Shown here piece by piece: positions 10,349 to 21,238 of a stretch of DNA of 64,000 nucleotides. The notes under the pieces are model-generated. The model ran no database searches. It had not been told where the DNA came from and saw only the letters and a program-made list of their open reading frames with translations. The first letter of the stretch is position 1. Every line of letters starts with the position of its first letter. The translations under genes were made by a program, and so were the position numbers. This DNA is from Alphaproteobacteria bacterium (GTDB lineage Bacteria; Pseudomonadota; Alphaproteobacteria; SHVV01): positions 1,263,362-1,327,361 of the forward strand of contig CBDHDJ010000004.1 in the NCBI GenBank assembly GCA_965261645.1, read 5' to 3'.

Positions 10349-10435
10349 TGGTGCCCAGGAGAAGACTCGAACTTCCACGACCTTGCGGTCACTAGCACCT
10401 GAAGCTAGCGCGTCTGCCAATTCCGCCACCTGGGC
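10349..10435 (-). tRNA. tRNA-Leu(CAG), type II with long variable arm
   Basis: Folded by hand: acceptor GCCCAGG/CCTGGGC, anticodon loop TTCAGGT, T-loop GTTCGAGTC, 3' ACCA encoded. 87 nt. Confidence 0.9.
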
Positions 10436-10646
10436 ACCGCATCCCAGGGAAGGCAGTCGTTAGACCGTCATTCGGGCAATGTCAACCGCCATTCCCGACG
10501 CTCCCCGGTCGTGCGCAGGCGGGGAGCGGCGGCGCTTGAGGACGAGGCTCCCCTTGGCGCGGACGGCGAGCGAAACCCTGCTTGGCCTGATTGGATCGCC
10601 CGCGTTATGATCCGGCTCCTTCAGCGGCGCCAAGGCGATTCCGATT

Positions 10647-11615
10647 GTGGCAGAACGTTTGATTACCGTATTCGGCGGTTCGGGATTCCTCGGCCGCCAC
10701 GTGGTCAAGCACCTCGCGGCCGCGGGTGCGCGTATCCGTGTGGCGGTTCGCGATCCGGTCGCGGCGGAAATTCTCCAGCCGATCGGCGATGTGGGGCAGA
10801 TCGTGCCGGTCCAGGCCAATCTGCGCGATGACGATTCGGTCGCCGCGGTCGTGGCCGGTGCTGATGCCGTGGTGAATGCTGTCGGCATCCTTTATGAAAC
10901 CCGTCGGCAGACCTTCGAGAACGTGCATGTTCGCGGCGCGGCGCGCGCGGCCAAGGCCGCCAAGGCGGCGGCGGTCGAGCGTTTCGTCCACGTCTCGGCG
11001 ATCGGCGCCGATGCGGGTTCGCGCTCGCACTACGCCCGCTCCAAGGCCGGCGGCGAGGCCGCCGTCCTCGAAGCGTTTCCCGAGGCGGCCATCGTTCGTC
11101 CGAGCGTCGTGTTCGGCCCGGAGGACGATTTCTTCAATCGTTTCGCGGCGCTGGCCCGCCTGATGCCGGCGCTTCCCCTCTACGGCCACGGCTTGGCCGA
11201 TGCCGGGGCCACCCGTTTCCAGCCCGTTTATGTCGGCGATGTCGCGGCGGCGATCGTACGCGTGCTCGCCGATCCCGCGACCGGCGGTCGCGTCTACGAG
11301 CTGGGCGGGCCCAAGGTTTACAGCTTCAGGAAGCTGATGGAGCTCGTGCTGAAGGAGACCGGCCGCCGGCGGGCGCTGATGCCGGTGCCCTATGTTGTCG
11401 GCCGGCTACAGGCGAGTATCCTGCAACTCCTGCCGAATCCGCCGCTGACCCGCGACCAACTGCGCCTGCTGGAGCAGGACAACGTGGTGACGCCCGGGGC
11501 GCGGACGTTGGCCGATCTCGATATTAGCCCGGCAAGCGTGGAATCGGTCGTGCCGAGCTATCTGTGCCGCTTCCGCCGCCATGGCGAGCACGCGGACCTC
11601 CGCGCCGAAGGCTAA
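10647..11615 (+). CDS. NAD-dependent epimerase/dehydratase family protein, complex I NDUFA9-like
   Basis: N-terminal VFGGSGFLGRHVV Rossmann motif with NmrA/NDUFA9-like overall similarity. Confidence 0.7.
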   Translation: MAERLITVFGGSGFLGRHVVKHLAAAGARIRVAVRDPVAAEILQPIGDVGQIVPVQANLRDDDSVAAVVAGADAVVNAVGILYETRRQTFENVHVRGAARAAKAAKAAAVERFVHVSAIGADAGSRSHYARSKAGGEAAVLEAFPEAAIVRPSVVFGPEDDFFNRFAALARLMPALPLYGHGLADAGATRFQPVYVGDVAAAIVRVLADPATGGRVYELGGPKVYSFRKLMELVLKETGRRRALMPVPYVVGRLQASILQLLPNPPLTRDQLRLLEQDNVVTPGARTLADLDISPASVESVVPSYLCRFRRHGEHADLRAEG

Positions 11616-12430
11616 GCCAAGCCATAGAACCACATCAGGATCGCCGCGCCGAGGGCGACACGGTAAACGACGAATGGCGTGAAGCGGGCCCGCCTCAGCC
11701 AGCGCATCATGGCGGCAATGGCGATCAATGCGGCGATGAAGGCGAGCCCGGCGGCGATCGCCGCGTCGAGACCGAGCGCCACGTCGCCGGCATCGTAGAC
11801 GCGCCAGCCGCTGGCGGCGGCGGCGGCGATGATCGTCGGCACGCTCATCAGGAGAGCGAACCGGGCGGCCTCGGCACGCTCGAAGCCGAGCATGCGCGCC
11901 GCTGTCATGGTGATGCCGGCGCGGCTCGTGCCCGGAACAAGCGCCAACACCTGGGCCAAGCCGATGAACAGAGCGTTGCCGCCGGTCATGTGTTCGATGC
12001 GCCTGAGGGTCATGCCGAGCCGGTCGGCGAGCAGCAACACGATGCCGAATCCGGCCATCGTCCAACCCACCACCTCGATCCCGCGCAAGCCCGAGAGGGC
12101 GCCGCTCTCGTAGCCATAGCGCAGGAGGACGGCACCGGCGATGACGACCGGAACCGTGGCGATGATGAGGTGGCAGGCAAGCCTCGCGGCCGGTTGGGTG
12201 CGGCCCCGGACGAGGTGCAAAAGGGCCATCAGCATCGCCCACAGATCGCGCCAGAAATAGACGATGACGGCGCCGAGCGTGCCGACATGGACAGCGACGT
12301 CGATGGTGAGGCCCTGGTCGGGCCAGCCAGTCACTAGCGGCACGAGGCGCAGGTGCGCGGACGAACTCACCGGCAGGAATTCGGTTATCCCCTGCATGAG
12401 TGCAATGACGCTGAGTTGCAATAGGGGCAC
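11612..12430 (-). CDS. uppP: undecaprenyl-diphosphate phosphatase
   Basis: BacA/UppP signature GITEFLPVSSSAHL and eight predicted transmembrane segments. Confidence 0.9.
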   Translation of the reverse strand: MPLLQLSVIALMQGITEFLPVSSSAHLRLVPLVTGWPDQGLTIDVAVHVGTLGAVIVYFWRDLWAMLMALLHLVRGRTQPAARLACHLIIATVPVVIAGAVLLRYGYESGALSGLRGIEVVGWTMAGFGIVLLLADRLGMTLRRIEHMTGGNALFIGLAQVLALVPGTSRAGITMTAARMLGFERAEAARFALLMSVPTIIAAAAASGWRVYDAGDVALGLDAAIAAGLAFIAALIAIAAMMRWLRRARFTPFVVYRVALGAAILMWFYGLA

Positions 12431-12569
12431 GGGCCGGTAGCTCGATTTGGGCGGCGGGCGCGATCAGGCCCGCTTATACCATTGCCCCCGATCAATCCCA
12501 AGAATCCAATGGTGAGAACGCCTTAACGGGCTCTGTCGCGGGTCGATGCCTTCGGCTATAGTGGGCGCG

Positions 12570-13238
12570 ATGCGGACCTTGTATCACCTGTGGCTATCAC
12601 CGTTCTGCCGCAAGGTCCGTGTCGTTCTCCACGAAAAGGACCTCGACTTCGACATGAGAGTGGAGAAGGTCTGGGAACGGCGCGAGGCCTTCCTCAAGCT
12701 CAACCCGGCCGGCGAGGTGCCCGTCCTGGTCGAGCCCGACGGCACCGTCCTCAGCGGCAGCGCTGCGATCTGCGAGTTTCTCGATGAGACCTACCCGAAC
12801 GAAGCGATGCTGGGCGCCGATGCGGTCTCGCGCGCCGAAACCCGGCGCCTCATCGCCTGGTTCGACGACAAGTTTCACCGCGAGGTCACGCACTACGTGA
12901 TCGAGGAAAAATTCATGAAGCGCTTCATGGCGATGGGCTCGCCCGATTCCCGGGCGATCCGTGCCGGGCTCGCCAATCTCGGCTATCACCTCGATTACAT
13001 CGCCTATCTCGCGGAGCGGCGCAATTGGCTCGCGGGGGAGAACTTCAGCCTGGCCGACATTGCCGCCGGCGCCCATCTCTCGGCCATCGATTATCTCGGT
13101 GACATGCCGTGGGAGGCCCATCCCGGTGCCAAGGAATGGTATGCGCGCCTGAAATCGCGCCCGAGCTTTCGGCCCCTGCTCGAGGATCACATCCCCGGTT
13201 TGGCCCCGCCCAAGCATTACGCCGATCTCGATTTTTGA
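12570..13238 (+). CDS. glutathione S-transferase
   Basis: GST N-terminal thioredoxin-like motif (LYHLWLSPFCRKVR ... EVPVL) and a C-terminal alpha-helical domain. Confidence 0.8.
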   Translation: MRTLYHLWLSPFCRKVRVVLHEKDLDFDMRVEKVWERREAFLKLNPAGEVPVLVEPDGTVLSGSAAICEFLDETYPNEAMLGADAVSRAETRRLIAWFDDKFHREVTHYVIEEKFMKRFMAMGSPDSRAIRAGLANLGYHLDYIAYLAERRNWLAGENFSLADIAAGAHLSAIDYLGDMPWEAHPGAKEWYARLKSRPSFRPLLEDHIPGLAPPKHYADLDF

Positions 13239-13250
13239 GTTTGACGCCTG

Positions 13251-14438
13251 ATGTCCGCTGCAATGACCGCTGCGCACCACGCCGTTTCGAACTCGGCCGC
13301 TATCCGTGCGCAGATTCGCGCCGAGGCGCTTGCGCTGGGCTTCGATGCCGTGGGCTTTACCGAGCCGGCGGCGACCGGAGAGGCGGGTACGGCGCTTGCC
13401 GAATATCTCAAGCGCGGCTATCACGGTGACATGGGTTGGCTCGCCACGCGGGCGTCCGAGCGCGCGAACCCGGCGGGCCTCTGGGATCAGGCGCGAAGCG
13501 TCATCATGGTGGGGCTCAACTACGGTCCGGCGGACGACCCCCTCGCGGTGCTCGAACGCCGCGACCGGGGCGCGCTTTCGGTCTACGCGCAGGGGGGCGA
13601 TTACCACGATGTGATGAAGCGCCGCTTGAAGGCGCTCGCCCGCTGGCTGGCGGCGACCTACGGGGCTGACGTCAAGGTCTTCGTCGATACCGCGCCGGTG
13701 ATGGAAAAGCCGCTGGCCGCGGCGGCCGGCCTCGGCTGGCAGGGCAAGCACACCAATATGGTGTCGCGCGATTTCGGCTCGTGGCTCTTTCTCGGCGCGG
13801 TGTTCACGACGCTGGTGATCGAACCCGACCGGGCGGAAACCGATCATTGCGGCACCTGCCGGGCCTGTCTCGACGTGTGCCCGACCGCCGCGTTCCCGGC
13901 GCCCTACCAGTTGGATGCGCGGCGTTGCATCTCCTATCTCACCATCGAGCACAAGAGCCATATCGCGCGCGAGTTCCGCGCCGCCATGGGCAACCGGATC
14001 TTCGGCTGCGATGATTGCCTTGCCGTCTGCCCGTGGAACAAGTTCGCCAAGCTGGCGGCGGAGCCCGCCTTTCTGCCCCGCGAGGGCTTGAACGCGCCGG
14101 CCCTGGCCGAGCTTGCCGGCCTCGATGACGAAGCGTTTCGCCGCCGCTTTGCCGGCACCGCGATCAAGCGGACCGGCCGCGACCGCTTCGTGCGCAACGT
14201 GCTCATAGCACTCGGCAACGCCGGTGATGCGGCGATGCGCCCGGTGATCGAGCCCCTGCTCGCCGATCCATCGCCGCTGGTGCGGGCGATGGCGGTGTGG
14301 GCGCTGGGGGAGATTCTCGACAAGGGGGCGTTTGCTGGCCTTAAGCATCGCCATTTGGCGCAGGAATCCGATCCGGAGGTGCAGGGCGAGTGGCGGACGG
14401 CCCGCGGCGGTTCCCCATCGGCGCGCGCTGTCACCTGA
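13251..14438 (+). CDS. queG: epoxyqueuosine reductase
   Basis: Two 4Fe-4S ferredoxin motifs (CGTCRACLDVCP and CDDCLAVCPWN) plus C-terminal HEAT-like repeats. Confidence 0.85.
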   Translation: MSAAMTAAHHAVSNSAAIRAQIRAEALALGFDAVGFTEPAATGEAGTALAEYLKRGYHGDMGWLATRASERANPAGLWDQARSVIMVGLNYGPADDPLAVLERRDRGALSVYAQGGDYHDVMKRRLKALARWLAATYGADVKVFVDTAPVMEKPLAAAAGLGWQGKHTNMVSRDFGSWLFLGAVFTTLVIEPDRAETDHCGTCRACLDVCPTAAFPAPYQLDARRCISYLTIEHKSHIAREFRAAMGNRIFGCDDCLAVCPWNKFAKLAAEPAFLPREGLNAPALAELAGLDDEAFRRRFAGTAIKRTGRDRFVRNVLIALGNAGDAAMRPVIEPLLADPSPLVRAMAVWALGEILDKGAFAGLKHRHLAQESDPEVQGEWRTARGGSPSARAVT

Positions 14439-14440
14439 TC

Positions 14441-15340
14441 ATGCCGCCGAGCGAGAGCCGCCCGTCCCACCGCCTGTTCTGCTTCGGTCTCGGCTACACC
14501 GCGCGGGCGCTTACCGAGCGGCTTAAATCCGAGGGCTGGCGCATCGCCTGCACGAGCCGCAGCTTCGATAAGCTGGTCGCGCTCGGTGAAAAAGGGTTTG
14601 AGGTCTTTGCCTTCGACCGCGAGCACCCGCTGCCTGACGCCGCCGCGGCGCTCGCAGGCACCACGCATCTGCTCCTCTCGATTCCGCCCGATGAGGGCGG
14701 CGAGCCGGTATTCGATGCCCACCGCGACCCTATCGCCGCGCTCGAGGGCCTCGCCTGGGTCGGTTACCTGTCGACCACGGGCGTCTATGGCGATGCTGGC
14801 GGGGCGTGGGTCGATGAAGAGAGCGCGCTCGCGCCATCCAACCCCTGGGGCCACCGCCGCGTCATCGCCGAGGCGGCGTGGTTGAGCTTGGTCCGGCAGG
14901 CGGGCGCGCCGATCCATATCTTCCGCCTCACGGGGATCTATGGTCCGGGGCGCAGCGCCCTCAGCCGGTTGCGCGACGGCAAGGCGCGGCGCATCGCCAA
15001 GCCCGACCACGTCATGTCGCGCATTCATGTCGACGACATCGTCCGGGTCTTGCAAGCGTCGATGGCCCGACCGCACCCCGGTGCCATCTATAACGTCTGC
15101 GACGACGAGCCCGCACCCCAGGCCGACGTGGTGGCGTATGCCGCAGAGATGCTCGATATCGCGCCGCCGCCACTCGAATCCTTCGCGGCGGTGGAGCTCT
15201 CGGCGATGGCGCGGAGCTTCTATCAGGACAGCCGGCGCGTTTCCAACCGCCGCATCAAGGACGAACTCGGGGTGAGTTTGGCCTACCCGAGCTATCGCGA
15301 AGGACTGAACGCCGTTCTCGCCGCCGAGCCGGCCACCTAG
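14441..15340 (+). CDS. SDR-family NAD(P)-dependent epimerase/oxidoreductase
   Basis: Rossmann-type N-terminus FGLGYTARAL and an atypical SDR fold. Start taken at MPPSES. Confidence 0.6.
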   Translation: MPPSESRPSHRLFCFGLGYTARALTERLKSEGWRIACTSRSFDKLVALGEKGFEVFAFDREHPLPDAAAALAGTTHLLLSIPPDEGGEPVFDAHRDPIAALEGLAWVGYLSTTGVYGDAGGAWVDEESALAPSNPWGHRRVIAEAAWLSLVRQAGAPIHIFRLTGIYGPGRSALSRLRDGKARRIAKPDHVMSRIHVDDIVRVLQASMARPHPGAIYNVCDDEPAPQADVVAYAAEMLDIAPPPLESFAAVELSAMARSFYQDSRRVSNRRIKDELGVSLAYPSYREGLNAVLAAEPAT

Positions 15341-16122
15341 CCGCCGGGGCCGATCTCCTCGCACAGCGTGAGCACGGTGCGGCAGATGGCGGCGAGCGGC
15401 CCGGGCTCGGAGAGTCGGTGGTCGCCGTTCTTGATCAACTCGAGCGCGACGTCCGCGCTCGTCAGTGCGCCGGTCAAAGTGAGTGACAGCTCCCATGGCA
15501 CGTCCCGATCATCCAGGCCGTGGATGAGCCGCACGGGACAGCTGAGCTCGATCGGCGCATCGAGCAGAAGATGGCGGCGGCCCTCTTCAATCAGACGATA
15601 GGTGATGGGATAGGGCTCATCGCCATACTCGGACGGCTCGAGGTAGAGCCCGTCGGTCTCGAGGGTCCGTTTGACGGTCGCGTCGTAGCGTTGCCACATC
15701 AGCCGCTCGGTGAAATCGGGCACCGCCGCGATGCCGACCAGACCGGAGATCCGCTTGCGCCGGGCCAGCGCCGCGAGCAGCATGATCCAGCCGCCCATGC
15801 TGGAGCCGACGAGAACCTGCGGGCCCGCCGCCACCTGGTCGAGCACGGCCATGGCATCCTCCGCCCAGCGCCCGATCGTGCCCTCGGTAAAGGCGCCGGA
15901 CGAGGCGCCGTGGCCCCAGTAATCGAAGCGGACATAGGCGCGGCCGGCGTGCCGGCACGCCGCCTCGAGCGCCGACGCCTTGGTGCCCGTCATGTCGGAC
16001 ATGAAGCCGCCGAGGAACATCACGCCGGGTGCGTTTCCCGGCCAAGCGTGGTAAGCGATTGTCGCACCGTCGTCGCGGGTTAAGACGTCGGGCGAGGGAC
16101 CGGGCGGTGCTGCGGCGCTCAT
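15337..16122 (-). CDS. alpha/beta-fold hydrolase
   Basis: Nucleophile elbow GSSMGG, a HGxxxSSG region, and a catalytic His near the C-terminus. Confidence 0.7.
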   Translation of the reverse strand: MSAAAPPGPSPDVLTRDDGATIAYHAWPGNAPGVMFLGGFMSDMTGTKASALEAACRHAGRAYVRFDYWGHGASSGAFTEGTIGRWAEDAMAVLDQVAAGPQVLVGSSMGGWIMLLAALARRKRISGLVGIAAVPDFTERLMWQRYDATVKRTLETDGLYLEPSEYGDEPYPITYRLIEEGRRHLLLDAPIELSCPVRLIHGLDDRDVPWELSLTLTGALTSADVALELIKNGDHRLSEPGPLAAICRTVLTLCEEIGPGG

Positions 16123-16140
16123 GGATGGTGCGACCTAATC

Positions 16141-17340
16141 ATGGAAATCGAATCTCCGTCCAGTGCCGCGGCGCGCGAATCCGATGCCGATCCGCAAGCG
16201 CCGTCCGAGGCGCCTGCGGTCCTGCAGGTCGTGCCCGCCTTGGGGACCGGCGGCGTCGAGCGTGGCACCACCGATATCGCCAGCGCTTTGGTCAAGGCAG
16301 GGTTTCGAGCCTACGTCGCCTCCAGAGGGGGCCGCCTGGTGCACGATCTGGAGCGCGTCGGCGCGACCCACGTGACCCTGCCCGTGCACAGCAAGAACCC
16401 CTTTGTCATGCTGCGCAACATCGATCGCCTGGGCGCGCTCATCATGCGCCACGATATCGCCATCGTCCATGCCCGCTCGCGCGCGCCAGCATGGAGCGCC
16501 TACATCGCCGCGCGGCGCCACGGGCGCGCCTTCGTGACCACCTTTCACGGCACCTACGATACGTCTAACTCATTAAAAAAATGGTATAATTCAGTGATGT
16601 TCCGGGGCACTCTTGTGATCGCCATCTCACGCTTCATCGCCCAACACATCCGCACCACCTACGAGATCAACGCGGCGCGCATCGCCACCGTCCCGCGCGG
16701 CGTGAGCATCGATCTGTTCGATCCGGCGGCCGTCTCGGCGGAGCGGATGGCTCAGCTCGCCGTGGCGTGGCGGCTATCCGACGACGTGCCGATGGTGTTG
16801 ATGCCGGGGCGGCTGACGCGTTGGAAGGGGCAGGCGGTGCTGATCGAAGCGATCGGTCGCCTCGGGCGCCAGGCGGTCCGTTGCGTGATTGTCGGCGACG
16901 ATCAAGGTCGCACCAGATACCGCCACGAGCTCGAGAACCTGGTGCGCCGGCTGGGCCTCGAGGAGACCGTGCGTATCATGGAACATTGCCACGACATGCC
17001 GGCGGCGTACATGCTGGCCGATGTCGTCGTGTCCGCGTCGACCGACCCGGAGGCGTTCGGTCGGGTGGCGGCCGAGGCCCAGGCCATGGGGCGGCCGGTC
17101 GTCGCGACCAACCACGGCGCCGCGCGCGAGACCGTCGTGCCGGGCACCACCGGCTGGCTCGTCCCGCCCGGCAATGTCGCGGCCTTAGCAGAGGCGCTCG
17201 ATTACGCGCTCGGCCTTGGCGAGGCAGAGCGCCAGGATATCGCCGCGGCGGCGCGACGGCATATCGCGGAGAACTACACCGTCGAGAAAATGTGTGAGAC
17301 AACTCTCGATCTCTACCGCGATCTTCTGCCGCGCAGCTGA
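16141..17340 (+). CDS. glycosyltransferase family 1
   Basis: GT-B fold with an [20 protein letters not shown]-type E-x7-E region in the C-terminal domain. Confidence 0.8.
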   Translation: MEIESPSSAAARESDADPQAPSEAPAVLQVVPALGTGGVERGTTDIASALVKAGFRAYVASRGGRLVHDLERVGATHVTLPVHSKNPFVMLRNIDRLGALIMRHDIAIVHARSRAPAWSAYIAARRHGRAFVTTFHGTYDTSNSLKKWYNSVMFRGTLVIAISRFIAQHIRTTYEINAARIATVPRGVSIDLFDPAAVSAERMAQLAVAWRLSDDVPMVLMPGRLTRWKGQAVLIEAIGRLGRQAVRCVIVGDDQGRTRYRHELENLVRRLGLEETVRIMEHCHDMPAAYMLADVVVSASTDPEAFGRVAAEAQAMGRPVVATNHGAARETVVPGTTGWLVPPGNVAALAEALDYALGLGEAERQDIAAAARRHIAENYTVEKMCETTLDLYRDLLPRS

Positions 17341-17435
17341 TCGGCCTCGGCGCCTCGCCCTTTCTTGACAGGTGGGCAAATCCCACTAACGTGCGCGGAA
17401 TTCTTGATCCCCGCGCCCAGAGGTCCTCGCCTTCC

Positions 17436-19349
17436 ATGGTGGACATCACGCTTCCCGACGGCAGTCAACGGACCTATGACGATCCGGTGAGCGGGGCCGA
17501 TATTGCCCGGGATATCGGGCCCGGCCTGGCCAAGGCGGCGCTCGCCATACGAGTCGATGGCGAGATCTGGGATCTCGCGCGCGCGATCGCGCAGGACACC
17601 ACCATTGCCATCATCACCGCGCGGGACGAAGAGGCGCTGGCGCTCATGCGCCACGCCGCCGCGCACGTGATGGCGGAGGCCGTCAAGGAGCTCTATCGCG
17701 AAGTGCAGATCACCATCGGCCCGGTCATCGAGAATGGTTTCTATTACGATTTCTCGCGGGCCGAGCCGTTCGTGCCCGAAGATCTCGAGCGCATCGAAGC
17801 GCGCATGCGCGAGATCGTCCGACGCGACGAGACGGTCGTTCGCGAGGTATGGAAACGCGACCGCGCGATCGAGTTCTTCAATCAGGCCGGCGAGCACTAC
17901 AAGGCCGAAATCATCGCCGATCTGTCGCATGACGAAACGATCACGCTCTACCGCCAGGGCGACTTCATCGATCTCTGCCGCGGCCCGCATCTGCCTTCAA
18001 CGGGTAAGCTCGGCCAGGCCTTCAAGCTCACCAAGCTGGCCGGCGCTTATTGGCGCGGCGATTCGAAGAACGAGATGCTGCAACGCATCTACGGCACCGC
18101 GTGGCGCGACGAGAATGAGCTCAACGCCCATCTCGAGCGCATCGCCGAGGCCGAGCGGCGCGACCATCGCCGGATCGGCCGCGAGATGAGCCTCTTCCAT
18201 CAGCAGGAAGAGGCCGCCGGCATGGTGTTCTGGCATGCCAGGGGCTGGACGCTCTATCGCACCATCGAGGAGTACATCCGCCGCCGGCTGGACAAGGCGG
18301 GCTACATCGAGGTGCGCACGCCCGAGCTCATCGACCGCCGCCTGTGGGAGGACTCGGGCCATTGGGAGAAGTTCGGCGAGCTCATGTACACGACCGAGTC
18401 CGAGGACCGTACCTTCGCGCTCAAGCCGATGAACTGCCCGTGCCACGTCCAGATCTTCCGGCAGGGGCTGAAGAGCTACCGCGACCTGCCGCTGCGCATG
18501 GCCGAGTTCGGCTCGTGCCACCGGCGCGAGCCCTCGGGCGCGTTGCACGGGCTTCTGCGGGTGCGCCACTTCACCCAGGACGACGCGCATATCTTCTGCA
18601 CCGAGGATCAGATCATCGGGGAGACCGAGGCGTTCTGCGAGCTTCTGCTCAGCGTCTACCGCGATTTCGGCTTCGATGAGGTGATCGTGAACTTCGCCGA
18701 CCGCCCGCCGGTGCGGGCCGGCGACGATGCGACCTGGGATCGCGCCGAGGCCGCGCTCAAGGAGGCCGTCGAGGCGGTCGGCCTGGAGCACCAGCTCAAC
18801 CCCGGCGAAGGCGCGTTTTACGGCCCCAAGCTCGAGTTCGTGCTGCGCGATGCTATCGGGCGCGAGTGGCAGTGCGGCACCTTCCAGGTCGATTTCGTGC
18901 TGCCCGAGCGGCTCGATGCCTCGTACATCGGCGAGGACGGCGCGCGGCACCGCCCGGTCATGCTGCATCGCGCCATCCTCGGCTCGCTCGAGCGCTTCAT
19001 CGGCATCCTCATCGAGCATTACGCCGGGCACTTCCCGCTGTGGATTGCGCCCGTGCAGGTCATGGTCGCGACGATCACCCAGGACGGCGATGACTTCGCC
19101 AAGACGGTCGCCTCGCGCCTCAGCGCGGCCGGGCTCCGCGTGGCCTCCGATTTGTCGAACGAGAAGATCGGCTACAAGGTTCGCCAGCACTCCCTGGCCA
19201 AGGTGCCGGTGATCATCGCCATTGGCAAGCGTGAGGCCGCCGACGGCACGGTCTCGATCCGCCGTCTCGGCGCGCGCGACCAAGAAAGCCTTGCGCTCGA
19301 TGAGGCAGTGGCTAGACTCGCGAAAGAAGCGGGCCCGGCCGGCTCTTAA
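17436..19349 (+). CDS. thrS: threonine--tRNA ligase
   Basis: TGS domain (ITLPDGSQR), class II aaRS core motifs, and an anticodon-binding domain. 638 aa. Confidence 0.95.
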   Translation: MVDITLPDGSQRTYDDPVSGADIARDIGPGLAKAALAIRVDGEIWDLARAIAQDTTIAIITARDEEALALMRHAAAHVMAEAVKELYREVQITIGPVIENGFYYDFSRAEPFVPEDLERIEARMREIVRRDETVVREVWKRDRAIEFFNQAGEHYKAEIIADLSHDETITLYRQGDFIDLCRGPHLPSTGKLGQAFKLTKLAGAYWRGDSKNEMLQRIYGTAWRDENELNAHLERIAEAERRDHRRIGREMSLFHQQEEAAGMVFWHARGWTLYRTIEEYIRRRLDKAGYIEVRTPELIDRRLWEDSGHWEKFGELMYTTESEDRTFALKPMNCPCHVQIFRQGLKSYRDLPLRMAEFGSCHRREPSGALHGLLRVRHFTQDDAHIFCTEDQIIGETEAFCELLLSVYRDFGFDEVIVNFADRPPVRAGDDATWDRAEAALKEAVEAVGLEHQLNPGEGAFYGPKLEFVLRDAIGREWQCGTFQVDFVLPERLDASYIGEDGARHRPVMLHRAILGSLERFIGILIEHYAGHFPLWIAPVQVMVATITQDGDDFAKTVASRLSAAGLRVASDLSNEKIGYKVRQHSLAKVPVIIAIGKREAADGTVSIRRLGARDQESLALDEAVARLAKEAGPAGS

Positions 19350-19503
19350 CGGTACCGTAGGAACCCGCACATAGGCTCGTCAGCGCAGGGGGTTGCCCGT
19401 CAGCAAATAAACTGCCTGCTTATTGACCAGTCACGAGCGGAAAGGAGTTTCGTAGATCGCAAGGCGACCCTATACGACAGCGCCGGCTCCCGCGGGGCCG
19501 CGG

Positions 19504-19992
19504 GTGAACGAAATGATCGATGCACCTGCGTTACGTCTCGTCGACGACAAAGGAGAGATGGCGGGCGTCATCAGCATCGAGGAGGCACTGAAATTGGCCG
19601 ATGAGGCCGGCCTTGATCTTGTAGAGGTCGCGCCCAACGCCGATCCTCCCGTGTGCAAGCTGCTCGATTACGGCAAGTACAAATACGAGGCGCAGAAAAA
19701 GGCCAACGTCGCGCGCAAGAAGCAGAAGCTGATCGAGGTCAAGGAAGTCAAGATGCGCCCCGGCATCGACGTGCACGATTACGACACCAAGATGCGCTCG
19801 ATGGTTCGCTTTCTCGGGGAAGGCGACAAGGTCAAGGTCACCGTGCGTTTCCGCGGCCGCGAGATGCTCCATCAAGACCTCGGCATGAAGGTTCTCACGC
19901 GCATCCAGGGCGATCTCGATGAATTGGCAAAGGTCGAGCAGATGCCCAAGATGGAAGGCCGGCTCATGACCATGGTGATCTCGCCGCGCTGA
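19504..19992 (+). CDS. infC: translation initiation factor IF-3
   Basis: IF3 N- and C-domains (RLVDDKGEMAGVISIEEAL ... YKYEAQKK). The true start may be a non-ATG codon upstream. Confidence 0.9.
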   Translation: MNEMIDAPALRLVDDKGEMAGVISIEEALKLADEAGLDLVEVAPNADPPVCKLLDYGKYKYEAQKKANVARKKQKLIEVKEVKMRPGIDVHDYDTKMRSMVRFLGEGDKVKVTVRFRGREMLHQDLGMKVLTRIQGDLDELAKVEQMPKMEGRLMTMVISPR

Positions 19993-20082
19993 TGGGCGCG
20001 GGATCGATCGCGGCGGCCGGGCTTCGCCGGCCCGATTATTTCACTCCTCCCAAACTGGCGTGCTCTGGGCTGGCCCGAGCGT

Positions 20083-20712
20083 TCAGGCCGGCGTGCGCGT
20101 TGCCTCGCGCTTGAGTTCGGCCACGGCCTGGCGTGCGACCCGGAGTGCGCTCACGAACGCGAGCGAAGAGAGCAGAACCCCGACCGCGACATCGGGCCAC
20201 GGCCCCGCGCTCACATAAACACCGCCTGCCGCCGCGATGACCGCGATGTTGCCGAAAGCATCGTTGCGCGTGCATAGCCAGACGGCCCGCCGGTTGGAAT
20301 CGCCGAAGCGGTGGCGGTAGAGCAGGAGCGCGCACGCGAGGTTGGCGGCCAGCGCGAGCATGCCGATGCCGCTCATCACGGCGGCGCTGGGCAGACCAGG
20401 ATGAAGCGCCTGATCGGCCGCCTGGGCGAAGATCCACAGGCCGAACAGCGCCATGGCTGCGGCCTTGAGCAGCGCCGTCGTGGCGCGCCAACGGAGCGGC
20501 AGGCCGAGAACGAACAGCGCCACACCGTAATTTGCCGCATCGCCAAGGAAATCGAGGGAGTCCGCCTGGAGCGATAGCGAGGCCGCACCCAGCCCGGCGC
20601 TCACCTCGATCACGAACATCACGGCGTTGATCGCGAGCGCCGCCCACAGGACGCGCCGGTACGCCGCATCACCGCCGCTCGTAGGGCTGAGCCTGTCGTG
20701 TGCGGCAACCAT
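20083..20712 (-). CDS. cation diffusion facilitator family transporter, short membrane-only form
   Basis: CDF transmembrane-domain motifs (SLQADSLDFLGDAANY). It is translationally coupled to the upstream arsR. Confidence 0.7.
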   Translation of the reverse strand: MVAAHDRLSPTSGGDAAYRRVLWAALAINAVMFVIEVSAGLGAASLSLQADSLDFLGDAANYGVALFVLGLPLRWRATTALLKAAAMALFGLWIFAQAADQALHPGLPSAAVMSGIGMLALAANLACALLLYRHRFGDSNRRAVWLCTRNDAFGNIAVIAAAGGVYVSAGPWPDVAVGVLLSSLAFVSALRVARQAVAELKREATRTPA

Positions 20713-21036
20713 CTAGCTTTCGCTGTTCGCGCCTTCGCGCTCACCGACATGGGCGATCATGTCGGCGACCACGCGGCTGATGTGCTGATCCGCCGCCGAG
20801 TAGAAAACCTGCTTGCCACGACGTTCGGCGCGCAGGATGCGGGCGGCGCGAAGCAGTCGCAGGTGATGGCTGACGAGCGAGGCCGATTGGCCGAGACGGG
20901 TGGCAATCTCACCCACCGAAATCGGCGTTGTGAGACAGGCGAGCACAATGCTGAGACGGCTGGGATCGCCCATCAGGCGGAACATCTCGGCGAGTACCGT
21001 CGCCTCGTCGTCGGTGACGCGGGTCGGGGGGATCAT
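20713..21036 (-). CDS. ArsR/SmtB family metalloregulator
   Basis: Winged helix-turn-helix (VGEIATRLGQSASLVSHHLRLL). An AT-rich operator-like region lies immediately upstream. Confidence 0.8.
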   Translation of the reverse strand: MIPPTRVTDDEATVLAEMFRLMGDPSRLSIVLACLTTPISVGEIATRLGQSASLVSHHLRLLRAARILRAERRGKQVFYSAADQHISRVVADMIAHVGEREGANSES

Positions 21037-21238
21037 GATCTCAATATATGATCAATTGTTCAAATGTTCAAATATATAAATATTCAGGGCGCCGGCATCA
21101 ACTTTGAATCACGGCTGGTCAGCAGGGCGGTCGGGAGGTGTGGGTGCGCTTGCAATCCCCAGGCGCTGTCGCTATAACCCACGCGTTGATCGGTCCGGCC
21201 AATCATGGTCCGGTTCGCCCGATGCTTGAGAAAGTCCC

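Noticed and set aside
9644-10429. Long form of the RNase D-like ORF
   Set aside because: The N-terminal 53 codons read through the antisense of tRNA-Leu(CAG). Start moved to 10270.
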